NCBI GenBank assembly: GCA_963751455.1
Contig: CAVVUN010000015.1
Span: 416,001 to 480,000 of the forward strand
Source: Nitrospirota bacterium
GTDB taxonomy: Bacteria; Nitrospirota; UBA9217
Direction of reading: 5' to 3'
Length of the DNA stretch: 64,000 nt
Shown here: positions 19,956 through 30,998 of the stretch, in pieces
Layout: each line of letters starts with the position of its first letter
Position numbering within the stretch: the stretch's first letter is position 1
Translations under genes and position numbers: made by a program
The notes under the pieces: model-generated
The model's input: only the letters and a program-made list of their open reading frames with translations
What the model was told of the DNA's origin: nothing
Databases searched by the model: none

Positions 19956-20693
19956 CGCCTGCTTTGAAACGCAGAGACCGAGTCCCTCAAACTTCCCGTT
20001 GAGATCCTGCTCGGGAAACTCGAGCACGATGTTTCCGAAATGCTCCTTCAGCAACCGCTCCGGTGTGCCCTGCGCGACGATCTTCCCGCGGTCCATGATC
20101 GCTATTTCATCGCAGAGCGTATAGGCCTCGTCCATGTAGTGGGTTGTCAGTACGATTGTTTTATTTCTCGATTTTATGAGATTAATGAGGTCCCAGAAAT
20201 TGCGGCGTGACTGGGGATCCAGTCCGGTCGTCGGCTCGTCGAGAAACAGAATTTCAGGATCGTTGATGATCGCAACCGCCATGAGCAGCCGCTGCCGCTG
20301 CCCGCCAGAAAGCTTTTTGGTGTCGCGGTCAAGAAATTCCTCGAGAGAGCAGAGGCGGATCACGTCGTCGAGTTCCAGTGTCCTGGGGTACAGGTTCTTG
20401 AAGAGCTTCAGCGTCTCGCGGACGGTCAGAAATTCCTGGAGCGCGGTGACCTGGAACTGGATGCCGGCTTCCCTGCGAAATTGCGGGCCCTGCGGAGCGC
20501 CTTTGTAAAGAATGACGCCTGAATCAGGAGATTTGATGGCTTCCATCATCTCGATGACGGTCGTTTTTCCGGCGCCGTTCGGCCCGAGCAGGCCGAAGCA
20601 TATTCCCTGCCTGATGCTCAGGGTCAGCCCGTCGACTGCGCGGACGCCGGGATACAGCTTGACCAGATTTTTCACCTCGATTACGGGAACCAT
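19809..20693 (-). CDS. ABC transporter ATP-binding protein
   Basis: GPNGAGKTT, LSGGQRQR, LFLDEPTTGLD. Confidence 0.95.
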   Translation of the reverse strand: MVPVIEVKNLVKLYPGVRAVDGLTLSIRQGICFGLLGPNGAGKTTVIEMMEAIKSPDSGVILYKGAPQGPQFRREAGIQFQVTALQEFLTVRETLKLFKNLYPRTLELDDVIRLCSLEEFLDRDTKKLSGGQRQRLLMAVAIINDPEILFLDEPTTGLDPQSRRNFWDLINLIKSRNKTIVLTTHYMDEAYTLCDEIAIMDRGKIVAQGTPERLLKEHFGNIVLEFPEQDLNGKFEGLGLCVSKQAGWCEIQTNDVDGTIRTLIERGVSLNRMNMRSWSLEDLFIALTGKGLRS

Positions 20694-20961
20694 GACTTGA
20701 AACTACCACGAGGGGGTTGATACTGTCAAGCCGGGGAAATAATGGTCTTGAGTCAAGGTCGATATTCGTGTAAAGTAGCCCATAGTTGCTTTGGCGTTTT
20801 ATAGCTGCGAGCTCCTGCTTTGTCAAGCCGCGGATGGACACACCCTGCACTTGCGACGGAGCACGCCTCAACGCTGGGTGCGGGCTGATGGTCGCGGACT
20901 GATCCATTTTATCCGTGTAATCCGTGTAAGTCCTGGGCAGCTTGCGAATGGACAAACATTC

Positions 20962-21384
20962 ATGATCCAAGTTACAAGAACTATAGCGATTGACGAAAAC
21001 GAAATGGAGTTCCATTTTGTCCGTGCCTCCGGTCCCGGCGGCCAGAATGTGAATAAGGTGTCGAGCGCGGTCCAGCTTCGGTTCGATGTCGGAAATTCTC
21101 CTTCCCTGCCCGGTGACGTGAGAACCCGGCTTATCCGCCTGGCCGGCAGACGAATCACCCAGGACGGGATCCTGATCATCGAAGCCCGACAGCACCGCAC
21201 GCAGGAGCGAAACAGGGAAGACGCAATTGAACGGCTGGTTGACCTGGTACGGAAAGCAGCCGAAAAGCCGAAGCCGCGCAAAGCGACCAGGCCTTCGAAA
21301 GCGGCAAAGGAACGGCGGATAGAGACCAAGAAACTGAGGGGAGCAGTCAAAAAAACCCGCAGAAGCGCAGGATATAGTGAATAG
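20962..21384 (+). CDS. arfB: Alternative ribosome rescue peptidyl-tRNA hydrolase ArfB (YaeJ)
   Basis: RASGPGGQNVNKV, RTQERNR, basic C-terminal tail. Confidence 0.92.
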   Translation: MIQVTRTIAIDENEMEFHFVRASGPGGQNVNKVSSAVQLRFDVGNSPSLPGDVRTRLIRLAGRRITQDGILIIEARQHRTQERNREDAIERLVDLVRKAAEKPKPRKATRPSKAAKERRIETKKLRGAVKKTRRSAGYSE

Positions 21385-21517
21385 CATTGGTCGGTTTTCA
21401 CCAATAATTAACGAAAAAAATGAATAAAACTTGTCTCACGCGGAGCCGCGGAGGTCGCGGAGAATACAAATCTTGTTTGTTTCACTGTGTCCCGGTGGCA
21501 GGTACTTCTAATTCCCT

Positions 21518-22247
21518 ATGGCCCTTCCATGGCATACAATAGAAAAGGTTAATACGCGCGACGGGGTTCTCGAGCTTCGGCAGCGCGCGGAGCGCGATTT
21601 TTTGATCCTTATCAACAACCGGGTGCTGATGAACAGCAGCTCCAACAGGTCCGAGATCGCGCTGGGGGAGTCGGCATGCAAGGCCGTGCGGGAGCGTCCC
21701 GGTCCGCGCGTGCTCATTGGCGGACTCGGCATGGGGCTGACACTGAGAGCGGCTCTCGACTGCCTTCCGGCAAAGGCGCAGGTCATTGTAGCGGAGCTGA
21801 ATCCTGTAGTTCTCGACTGGTGCCGGGGACCGCTCGCGGCGCTTACGAACGGCGCGGTGAAGGACCCGAGAGTCGTGGCTGTAAGCAAGGATGTTTCGGC
21901 TGTGATACGACAGGCAGCATTGCACCGGTCCGGGCAATTCGACTCAATTATCCTCGACCTTTATGAAGGCCCTCATACAGGAACAGACCCGAGGCATGAT
22001 CCCTTTTACGGAACAGGCGCCTTGAACAAGGCCTCCGCCGCGCTGAATGCCGGAAGGAGTTTTGGCGGTTTGGGGCGAGAGTATTGACAAAGGCTTCGAG
22101 GCGCGCCTGGCTACTGCGGGATTTTCCGTCATGACCGACAGGCCGGGAAAGGGCGGGCTGCGCCACGTCATATATATCGCAAAGAAGCCTCTTAAAACGG
22201 GGAATGTTTTTTTGAAGGAGGCGCACACACTATATGATTCTCGATAG
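21518..22247 (+). CDS. Spermidine synthase-like SAM-dependent transferase (frameshift at ~22050)
   Basis: [32 protein letters not shown]; continuation GVLAVW in the next frame. Confidence 0.8.
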
Positions 22248-23028
22248 GAAACTTATTGTGATAATGCCTGCCTATAATGCGGAGAAGACGCTCCGCCAGA
22301 CGCATGCCGAACTGCCCCATGAATATGTAGATGAGGTCATTCTGGTTGACGACGCATCCCGAGACGCTACCGCAAAAGTCGCGGCTGAACTCGGCATCAA
22401 GACGATAATCCATCGGCAAAACAAGGGCTACGGAGGCAATCAGAAGACCTGTTATCGTGAAGCGCTCAGGCACGGCGCGGACATCGTTGTCATGGTCCAT
22501 CCGGACTACCAGTATTCTCCGCGGCTCGTGACAGCAATGGCTTCCATGATTGCCTCGGAGCATTACGATGTTGTGCTCGGGTCGCGGATTCTCGGCGGCA
22601 CGGCGCTCAAAGGCGGAATGCCGCTGTACAAATATATCGCAAACAGATTCCTGACGCTGTTCGAGAATATCGGCCTCGGCGTCAAGCTCTCCGAGTATCA
22701 TACCGGGTTCAGGGCATTCACCCGGGAGGTGTTGGAAACCTTGCCGCTTGAGGAGAACTCCGATGATTTTGTTTTCGACAGCGAGATGCTCGTTCAAGCC
22801 GTTTATTTCGGCTTTAGAATCGGAGAACTGAGTTGTCCCACGAGATACTTCCGGGAAGCGTCTTCTATTAATTTCAGCCGGAGTGTCAAATACGGTTTCG
22901 GAGTGCTGGGCAGTACAATGAAGTACGTGATTGCCAAATCCGGCATGAAAAAATTTATGATTTTTAACAGCGAGGGCGGGAAACTGTCCTCAGCGAAGGA
23001 AAAGCTGAAGCGGAGCGCTCCCTGTTAA
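22234..23028 (+). CDS. Glycosyltransferase family 2 (polyprenol-phosphate sugar synthase-like)
   Basis: [31 protein letters not shown]. Confidence 0.9.
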   Translation: MILDRKLIVIMPAYNAEKTLRQTHAELPHEYVDEVILVDDASRDATAKVAAELGIKTIIHRQNKGYGGNQKTCYREALRHGADIVVMVHPDYQYSPRLVTAMASMIASEHYDVVLGSRILGGTALKGGMPLYKYIANRFLTLFENIGLGVKLSEYHTGFRAFTREVLETLPLEENSDDFVFDSEMLVQAVYFGFRIGELSCPTRYFREASSINFSRSVKYGFGVLGSTMKYVIAKSGMKKFMIFNSEGGKLSSAKEKLKRSAPC

Positions 23029-23047
23029 AACACGCAAGAGTAATTGA

Positions 23048-24961
23048 ATGGCATTGGTAAGTTTACAGAATGTAAAGGTAAGCTTCGGCGGACCGCTTCT
23101 GCTCGAAGGGGTGGATCTCTCCATCGACCGCGGCGAGCGGGTCTGTCTCGTCGGCAGGAACGGCACGGGCAAATCCACGATCCTGCGCCTGATCACCGGC
23201 GAGGTGAAGCCGGACGGCGGCAAGATCGTGTTTCAGCAGGGCGTGCGAATCACGCTTCTGACGCAGGAAGTGCCGCATGACATTCCGGGGAAGCGTGTTC
23301 GATGTCGTGTCGAGCGCCTTCGGCGAGCAGGGGAAGCTGCTTGCCGCGTACCATCATGTGAGCGCCAGGCTGGCCCATGACCACAGCGAGAAGCTGATGG
23401 CCGAGCTCGAGGATGTGCAGCACAAGTTCGAGTCAGCCGGCGGCTGGCAGATGCAGCAGCGGGTCGAGGAGATCCTGACGCGGCTGCAGCTTCCCGAGGA
23501 TGCCGAGTTCTCCGAGCTTTCGGGCGGCCTCAAGCGCCGGGTGCTGCTTGCAAAGGCGCTGGCCGGAGCGCCGGACCTTTTGCTCCTCGACGAGCCCACG
23601 AACCATCTCGATATCGATTCCATTGCCTGGCTCGAAGAATTTCTGCTTTCCTTCGGCGGCACCCTGCTTTTCGTGACCCATGACCGGGCGCTGCTTCAGA
23701 AGCTCGCGACCCGGATCGTGGATCTTGACCGCGGCCGGCTCACGAGCTGGCCCGGAAGCTACCAGGCCTATCTCGAGCTCAAACAGGCGGCGCTCGATGC
23801 CGAGGCGGTGGAGAACGCGAAGTTCGACAAGAAGCTTGCTGCGGAAGAGGTCTGGATCAGGCAGGGGGTCAAGGCGCGCCGCACCCGGAACGAAGGCCGC
23901 GTGCGGGCGCTCAAGGAACTGCGCAGGGTCAGGAGCGAACGGCGGGAGGTGACCGGCACCGCGCGCATGCAGATGCAGGAGGCGGAGCGCACCGGCAAGC
24001 TGGTGATCGAGGCGACAAAGGCTAAGCCACGGCTACGGGGAACGGCAGGTTATCCGCGATTTTTCAACGACCATCATCCGCGGAGACAAGATCGGCATCA
24101 TCGGGCCGAACGGTGCGGGCAAGACCACGCTCCTCAAAATTCTTCTCGGCGAACTGAAGCCGCAGAAGGGCACGGTGAAGCACGGAACGAACCTCGAGGT
24201 CGCCTATCTCGATCAGCACCGGGAGCAGCTTGACGACGAGAAGACGGTGCAGGACAACGTGGCCTTCGGCAGCGATCACGTCACCATCAACGGAAACCGG
24301 CGGCATGTGATCGGCTATCTGCAGGACTTTCTGTTCGCGCCCGCCCGGGCGCGAAGCCCGGTAAAGGTCCTGTCCGGCGGAGAACGGAACCGGCTGCTGC
24401 TCGCCCGGCTCTTCACCAAGCCGTCGAACGTGCTCGTGCTCGACGAGCCGACAAACGACCTGGACATCGAGACCCTGGACCTGCTCGAAGAGCTGCTCAT
24501 GGAGTATCCGGGCACGGTGCTGCTCGTGAGCCACGACCGCGCGTTCATCAACAACGTCGTAACCAGCACGCTGGTGCTCGAAGGCGAAGGCAGGGTGAAC
24601 GAATACGTGGGCGGGTATGACGACTGGCTGCGCCAGAGCAGGAACAAGAGAGAAGCCGCTGCAGATCCTGCGCGGAATGAGGAAAAAAAAGGCGTCTTGC
24701 CGGTTCCTCAAAAAGAAAAGCCCCGCAAGCTGACCTTCAAGGAGCAGAAAGAGCTCGATGCGCTGCCGAAGCGCATCGAAGAGCTTGACGCAGAGCAGCA
24801 AAAGATCATTGCGGTCATGGCTGATCCGGCTTTTTACCGTGAAAGCGGCAAGAAGGTTTCCGAGATTCAAGGCGAGGCTCGAGCAGGTGGAAAAAGAGCT
24901 TGCCGCGGCGTATAAACGGTGGGAGGAGCTTGAGGCTGTGGGTAAGAACGAGAAAAGTTGA
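23048..24961 (+). CDS. uup: ABC-F family ATPase Uup (three frameshifts, at ~23285, ~24020 and ~24860)
   Basis: Two Walker A/LSGG/DEPTN cassettes; EEVWIRQGVKARRTRNEGRVRALK linker; C-terminal coiled coil KLTFKEQKEL...RWEELE. Confidence 0.9.
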
Positions 24962-25169
24962 GCCACTTTTTAACCACGGATGAACGCGGATAAAAACTTG
25001 AGTTAGGTTCTGTCAGTCACAATCCGCCTGCGCTCAGCGTTTATGAATTCCTTGATTCCAGGACGAGCCACAACGATATGAAACATTCACGCAAAAACCT
25101 TTGCGCGCTCCTCCCCGCCTGGAAACAGCTTGCCTCTAGGCGCGGGCACAAGAGATACGGAGGCTGACC

Positions 25170-26948
25170 GTGGAAAAGAAACGAGAGAACATAAAGCCGC
25201 GCCATTCAGACCCGCCAGCGGAAAAAGTGAAACCTGAAAAAGACCGCTCCAGGCACGTGCTTGCCGGAATTGTTTCAGCACTCACCTTTCTTGTATACCT
25301 TGCGTCGCTGTGGAACGACTTTGTACTCTGGGATGACGACAGGTATGTTTACGAAAATGAGTTTATTCGGTCATTTGATAGGGATTTCTTAAAGCGGGCG
25401 TTCCTTGATTTCTACTCCGGTAACTGGCATCCGCTCACGTGGATTTCGCATGCTCTCGATTACGCGGTGTGGGGCTTAAATCCTCTGGGGCATCATTTGA
25501 CCAACAACGTGCTCCACGCGATGAATACCTATCTGGCAGTATTGCTCACGATCAGCCTGGCAGTGAAATACGGGGAACGGGCGACAGCAAACGGAACATC
25601 CCTGTTCCGGGATAAACGAAGCATATTGATTTTAGGAGGTGTTACGGGTTTATTGTTCGGTCTTCACCCGCTGCATGTCGAATCAGTAGCATGGGTTTCA
25701 GAACGGAAAGATCTTTTATGCGCTTTATTTTACCTGCTCAGCATCTATAGCTATCTGGCGTATGCGGGCTCTCTTGGCAGCGAAACAGTAAAAAAGACAG
25801 GATTAGCACAATACTTCAACAAGCACTATGTATTTGTCATCGGCTTCTTCATTCTTGCGTTACTCAGCAAGCCGATGGCGATAACGCTGCCTGTTGTTTT
25901 GGTTGTTCTGGATTGGTATCCGCTTTCTAGAATTCAGTCTTTTAAATCATTCCAGGGCGTCCTCATCGAAAAAATTCCCTTTATAGCGTTGAGTCTTGTC
26001 TCGTGTGTCCTGACTGTTCTGGCGCAAAAAGCGGGCGGGGCTTTAAGTACAGTTGTTATGGCGTTTGAGCCCTTGTCATCACGGCTTGCTCTGGCTGCCA
26101 AATCTCTTCTCTCGTATCTCTGGATGATGATTTTGCCGCTCGACCTGATTCCTCTTTATCCTTATCCGATGAAGATAGCGCCTTTATCATTTGAATACCT
26201 CGCGCCTGCAGTTCTTGTAATTGCCATAACGGTAATCTGCGTGGTCTATGTAAAGAAGCAGAAATTCTGGCTGGCCGTCTGGGGTTATTATATAATAACC
26301 TTGCTCCCGGTTATCGGCATTGTTCCGGTTGGAATTCAGGCAATGGCCGACAGATATACGTATTTGCCGAGTATCGGTCCATTTCTGATTGCGGGCTTAC
26401 TCGCATCATGGGTCTCGAAAAGAATGGATGCCGTAAAAAACAGAGGGATCCTTATCAAGATTGCGCGTGCAGCGGCAGCCCTGGTTATTGTCGTTCCGAT
26501 GACATACCTTACATTCGAACAGATCGCGGTATGGAGAAACAGTATTGCTCTCTGGAGTCATGTCATAGAAATAGAACCTGTGAAAGCGCCTACAGCCTAT
26601 GGAAATAGAGGTGTCAGCTTTACCGAAATCGGTGACTTGAATAAGGCGCTTGAGGACTATAACAGGGCAATTGTTCTCGACCCGTTCTATACCGGTATTT
26701 ATTTCGAACGAGGTCTCGTTTTTGCCGAGATGCGTCAATTCGATAAGGCAGTAGCAGACTTCGATAAGGCAATTACGCTGGATCAATATGGCGCGAAGAG
26801 CGACGTCGGCGTGCAATTTTACTTCCTTCATCGGGGGCTTGCATACCTGGAAATGCAGCAGCCCGGACCTGCCGTCTCTGATTTTAAGCATGCCTGCGAG
26901 CTCGGGAGCAACAAGGCGTGCACTGCTTTGCAAACCTTACCGAACTAA
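25170..26948 (+). CDS. TMTC-like GT-C membrane glycosyltransferase with C-terminal TPRs
   Basis: FVLWDD, NWHPLTWIS, HPLHVESVAWVSERKD, ADRYTYLP; TPRs. Confidence 0.85.
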   Translation: MEKKRENIKPRHSDPPAEKVKPEKDRSRHVLAGIVSALTFLVYLASLWNDFVLWDDDRYVYENEFIRSFDRDFLKRAFLDFYSGNWHPLTWISHALDYAVWGLNPLGHHLTNNVLHAMNTYLAVLLTISLAVKYGERATANGTSLFRDKRSILILGGVTGLLFGLHPLHVESVAWVSERKDLLCALFYLLSIYSYLAYAGSLGSETVKKTGLAQYFNKHYVFVIGFFILALLSKPMAITLPVVLVVLDWYPLSRIQSFKSFQGVLIEKIPFIALSLVSCVLTVLAQKAGGALSTVVMAFEPLSSRLALAAKSLLSYLWMMILPLDLIPLYPYPMKIAPLSFEYLAPAVLVIAITVICVVYVKKQKFWLAVWGYYIITLLPVIGIVPVGIQAMADRYTYLPSIGPFLIAGLLASWVSKRMDAVKNRGILIKIARAAAALVIVVPMTYLTFEQIAVWRNSIALWSHVIEIEPVKAPTAYGNRGVSFTEIGDLNKALEDYNRAIVLDPFYTGIYFERGLVFAEMRQFDKAVADFDKAITLDQYGAKSDVGVQFYFLHRGLAYLEMQQPGPAVSDFKHACELGSNKACTALQTLPN

Positions 26949-27019
26949 GTTCGCAGCATCGGCGAACTTTGTGAATACCTTAAAAAAGGCCCCTACCGCA
27001 TAAGAAATACCCCTTGATG

Positions 27020-27129
27020 AATCCCGCGACTTGCAATCCCCCGGCTCCTGCCGGGGGTAATGCGCCGTAGTCCGCGGGAGGTCGCGTTATTAAAGGGAGC
27101 CTCCGGCTCCTGCCGGAGGGGGCTCCACT
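27020..27129. mobile_element. MITE/REP-like palindromic element, copy 2
   Basis: aatcccgcgact...gggaggtcgcg...gccggagggggctccact shared with 2474-2623. Confidence 0.7.
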
Positions 27130-27319
27130 ACCCCGCCCCGTTGTTCGAATCCTGGGAAGCGTACTTTTGTCGAATTGATATAATTTCAGGCAGCGGTATC
27201 GTTTAAGAAGAAAATATTTTTTGAATTGGGATATAAAACCGCAGATTCGCAGATTTCGCCGATAAAAAAGGGTCCGAAATCTGCGGGATAAATATTTGTT
27301 ATAAATCAGGAGATAAGAC

Positions 27320-27979
27320 ATGAAAATACAAAAAATCGGTATCGTGGGATCAGGTCATATCGGGGGAAATCTTGGAATTCTGCTGGCAAAGGCAGGATAC
27401 GAGATTTTCTACAGCTCAAGACATCCTCATGCCCTCAAAGACCTTGTAAAGGCCGCCGGGCCCAAAGCCCGTGCCGGAAGCGTCGCCGACGCAATCGCAT
27501 TTGGAGATGTAATCGTGCTGTCAGTTCCCTTGAAGGCTATTCCGGAGCTTGACGCTGAAACCAAGGACGCCCTGAAGGGCAAGATCGTGATTGATACTTC
27601 GAATCCTTACCCTGAGAGGGACGGTCTGATCGCGGAAGAAGCAAGAAAAGAACCAGGCGGCACCGGCACCTTTGTGGCCCGTCTTCTGCCGGGTGCAAGG
27701 ATAGTACGGGCGTTCAATACGGTTTATTTTGTAGACCTCAAAAAAACGCTTAACAAAGACAATGAAAAAATCGGTATCCCCATGGCAAGCGACGATCAAG
27801 AGGGATTGAAAGCTGCCAGCGAGCTTGCGGACCGGGCCGGGCTTGAACCTGTTGTCGTTGGGGGCTTGAGCACATCAAAATTGTTTGACGTTGGAACAGC
27901 TGTGTATGCAACAAGCGCTGCGGCAAGAGAGATAAGACAGAAATTAAATTTGAAACCAGAGTCAGGGCTTGCGGCTTAA
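27320..27979 (+). CDS. NADPH-dependent F420 reductase-like dinucleotide-binding oxidoreductase
   Basis: IGIVGSGHIG, VIDTSNP, IVRAFNT. Confidence 0.85.
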   Translation: MKIQKIGIVGSGHIGGNLGILLAKAGYEIFYSSRHPHALKDLVKAAGPKARAGSVADAIAFGDVIVLSVPLKAIPELDAETKDALKGKIVIDTSNPYPERDGLIAEEARKEPGGTGTFVARLLPGARIVRAFNTVYFVDLKKTLNKDNEKIGIPMASDDQEGLKAASELADRAGLEPVVVGGLSTSKLFDVGTAVYATSAAAREIRQKLNLKPESGLAA

Positions 27980-28297
27980 CTGGCGGGCACACCCTCGCTT
28001 CTTTATGGGTCTCTTTTCATAAAGGTTTTTATCGTATTCACGGTGAACAGAGCGCCCTGCGGGTACACATGCATGGCTCCGTGCTGAACGCACCGTCAAA
28101 AATCAACTGCCTTTTCACGGTCAAGGATGCACATCGGTAATCCAACACGACCTCTCTCCCCAAAATAAGTGGGGACAATAATAGAGAAACTGTTATCAAA
28201 TCACCACAAATAATTCCATGCGAATGCTCGTCTTCCGCAAAAATAAAAACTAACGCAATGATATAATCTCCGGATAATCAAGGTGATACTGTTCGAA

Positions 28298-28326
28298 TTG
28301 ACACTGACATGAGGGTTTGGTACACT
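28298..28326 (+). promoter_or_regulatory. Sigma-70 promoter
   Basis: TTGACA-17-TACACT upstream of 28379. Confidence 0.6.
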
Positions 28327-28378
28327 TCCTTTAGTCATACGACTTTTGTAGTATTAATGAAGCGAGAACGGGGATCAA

Positions 28379-29272
28379 ATGAGAAAAGCAATTCTCGGGT
28401 TTTTGGTTTTTGCCTTCATCTTGGGGGTTCATACTCCGGCATTTTCAAGGGAGAGCTATGGAGCTCTTCCAAAATATGCCGCGGACGATCAAATAATCAA
28501 TCGGCCGGTTAACATGCAGGGTTTGACAGGACTCCTGTTCACGAACTCTGCCTACACCCAGCCCGCAGGCAGCGTTACGTTCGGTATATCCGGGCTCGGT
28601 GAAAACAGCGATATACCTGACTACAGTGTCGCGCAGGGAGCGGCCACCATTACGATCGGACTTACGGACCGGGTGGAGGCAGGCGTAAGGGGAAAGATGT
28701 TTGGAACGAATTTCGGGAGTTCAACGGGCCCTGAAACGGGTACAGGTGATACTGATCTGCTCTTAAAGTGGAACTTCTCCGCACAGGGAGAAAACATGCC
28801 GGCTCTGGCATTCGGGTTTGGATGGACATTTCCCACAGGTGACCCCGAAATGGGCTTCACGGAGATAAAATATGAAAGTATTAAGCTGATGGTAATCGCT
28901 GCGGGCGAGAACAAAGTTCTCAACGACGGGTTTTTGGGTATTTATATGGAGGCGCAAGCGGTCTTCAATGACCAGCTGCACAAAGACGGTGACAGCCCAT
29001 ATAAGGAAAAGTACGGGGTGGTGAATGCAGGGATTTTGTTTCCCCTGAGTGACGACAATCACCTGCAGTTATTGTTTGAGTATACCAGCGTATTGAAAAG
29101 AGATTACGCGTTGCTGTATGACCGTAATTATAGAGGCGTGGTTCCAAGCCTGCGCTATGTCACAGAGAACTTTAACCTCACGCTTGGCTTGCAGCGAATA
29201 AGCAGAGCGGATGCCGGGCCCGGAGCGAATGAAGCTAATAGATTTGCGGGCACAATGAGTTACCGGTTTTGA
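28379..29272 (+). CDS. Putative outer-membrane beta-barrel protein
   Basis: Signal peptide, GLTGLLFTNSAYT N-terminal motif, amphipathic strands, C-terminal YRF. Confidence 0.65.
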   Translation: MRKAILGFLVFAFILGVHTPAFSRESYGALPKYAADDQIINRPVNMQGLTGLLFTNSAYTQPAGSVTFGISGLGENSDIPDYSVAQGAATITIGLTDRVEAGVRGKMFGTNFGSSTGPETGTGDTDLLLKWNFSAQGENMPALAFGFGWTFPTGDPEMGFTEIKYESIKLMVIAAGENKVLNDGFLGIYMEAQAVFNDQLHKDGDSPYKEKYGVVNAGILFPLSDDNHLQLLFEYTSVLKRDYALLYDRNYRGVVPSLRYVTENFNLTLGLQRISRADAGPGANEANRFAGTMSYRF

Positions 29273-29365
29273 TCCTGCGGTTTTGCCGCAGATTCTGCCA
29301 GACCGAAGCGGAGAGCACGAATGATCGATGCGCTCCGCTGTCGTCTGGTAGATCCTTATTCGGCC

Positions 29366-29917
29366 TTACGCTGCCTTGTGAGCGACGGCTTCTTTGCGTG
29401 TAACCGTCATCTCCATTACCTTCTCTTCCTTCCCCCCCTCGGGGATGAAATACATTTCATATTCCAGCGTATTGTCATCCTTGATCCTGCTCACACTGCG
29501 CCAAACCATGGGACCTCTGACAGGGTCGTCATAACTGCTTTCCTGTGTAATGGTTTTATCATCCGCGCTGGCAGTTCCCTCAAAATAATAGATACCGGTG
29601 CTCATGGTATCGATCCAGGTAGACATATACTTTTTAGTATGGTTGTCGTACCCCATGATGTTGATTCCGGTGAATGGTTCCCCCATCATGTCGCCGGTAT
29701 ACTCCTGCTGCAGATAACGTCCGCCGAGGAGCATCTTCTGCTCGCACGTGCCGGTCGTTTCCACGGGGGGCGTGCCAGGTTCCATCCATGATTTTGTCCT
29801 GGTAGTCCAGGTTCCCTCCAGGCCGGCCAGCAGCTTATGAGGCTCGCCCGGAGTTCCCACCTTCTTGTACACTTCCATCATTGCCTGCATGTCCATTTTG
29901 GCTTCTTGTTTTGCCAT
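29366..29917 (-). CDS. DUF1579 family protein
   Basis: TPGEPHKLL..LEGTW, LLGGRYLQQE, GYDN..KKY.STWIDTMST. Confidence 0.8.
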   Translation of the reverse strand: MAKQEAKMDMQAMMEVYKKVGTPGEPHKLLAGLEGTWTTRTKSWMEPGTPPVETTGTCEQKMLLGGRYLQQEYTGDMMGEPFTGINIMGYDNHTKKYMSTWIDTMSTGIYYFEGTASADDKTITQESSYDDPVRGPMVWRSVSRIKDDNTLEYEMYFIPEGGKEEKVMEMTVTRKEAVAHKAA

Positions 29918-29947
29918 CGTTCTAAGCCTCCCTATTTTAAGGGCGTC

Positions 29948-30160
29948 CTATGGCCTCGGACCAGAACCGGATGCCCTCGAGCGCTTAAGGAGTTTCCGCC
30001 TTCGCTTCTCTGCCTCCAGTTGCTTCGTCTTTTTTTTCACCGAGGGCTTTTCGTAAAAGCGGCGCTTCTTCAACTCCCCGAATAAACCATCAACCTGGAG
30101 TTTCTTTTTCAGGTTCCGAAGCGCTTTTTCTATGTCACGGGAGAAGACTTTTATCTCCAA
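29948..30160 (-). CDS. rpsU: 30S ribosomal protein bS21
   Basis: IEKALRNLKKK...ELKKRRFYEKPSVKKK; TTG start at 30160 after GGAGGAGG. Confidence 0.9.
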   Translation of the reverse strand: MEIKVFSRDIEKALRNLKKKLQVDGLFGELKKRRFYEKPSVKKKTKQLEAEKRRRKLLKRSRASGSGPRP

Positions 30161-30475
30161 GACCCGCCTCCTCCACCGCCATAGCCGCCGCGGCCGCCAC
30201 CTCTGCCGCCCGAAGCCGAACGCCTCAGTCTTCGGCCGGGCCTCATTCACGGTGATTGACCGGTCCATGAACGTTGTGCCGTTCAGCGATGAGATCGCCT
30301 TTTGTGCGTCCTCATCCGACGCCATTTCCACGAAACCGAACCCCTTAGACCTGCCGCTTGACTGGTCGACAATCAGCGTTGCAGATACTACTTCGCCGAA
30401 CTTCGAGAATGCCTCCCGCAAATCCTCCTCATGGGTGTTGTACGACAGATTTCCGACATAAAGCTTCTTAGCCAT
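30151..30475 (-). CDS. RRM RNA-binding protein with Gly-rich tail (one extra base at ~30224 fuses it in frame to rpsU)
   Basis: RNP2 LYVGNL, RNP1 KGFGFVEM; shifted frame reads SGGRGGGRGGYGGGGGGSWR*. Confidence 0.9.
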
Positions 30476-30781
30476 AATACTCTCCTTTGTCGTTTCAAGT
30501 TAGCGCTGTGGGTCGTTGCCGCACAGCGTGGATACGTCCCTTTTCGAATCAGGGCATTTCCCCCGAAGGGGAACGCATAATCGTCGATGACCAGCAAATC
30601 CACATCGTTCACCAACATGCTTTGCCGTCGTTTTTTTGCGAGAAAAGGTGAGAGCAGAGAAGTCAGTGACCGATGATAGGTGCAGAAGACATTTTGCGGA
30701 AAAACAAAGTCCTGCCCGTTCAATTATGTATGTTTATATTATACCGCATTTACCGTGAGTTGCTCTAGGCGGAAAGTGCTA

Positions 30782-30952
30782 CTCAAGTCCACCCCTGTTT
30801 TGCATGGGCGTCTCCCGGGCTGCCTCTGTATGTTGCTCCCAGTGCATTTCAGGCAGCGCTAATGATGATTCCGTTTTCGCAAGGGAGAGACGGAGCATTT
30901 TTCCGATAACGACCCGGCCGGGGCAAACTCACAGGGGTTCAGGAACACTGAG
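30782..30952 (+). ncRNA. Candidate ~170-nt structured RNA
   Basis: Closing stem acccctgt/acaggggt, tttgc/gcaaa, ccggg/cccgg; inner hairpins gctgcct/aggcagc and tccgt/acgga. Confidence 0.45.
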
Positions 30953-30998
30953 CGTGCTATAGTAAAAGGGGAGGGAGGTTCCCGAGGAGGTGGCGTTT

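Noticed and set aside
29948-30475. Genuine 175-aa RRM-bS21 fusion protein
   Set aside because: The junction peptide (RWRPRRLWRWRRR) is the shifted reading of a typical Gly-rich tail, and rpsU has its own RBS and TTG
30782-30952. Assignment as SRP RNA, c-di-GMP riboswitch or glycine riboswitch
   Set aside because: Only isolated words (ggcaaac, ggagag) match; the conserved cores are missing
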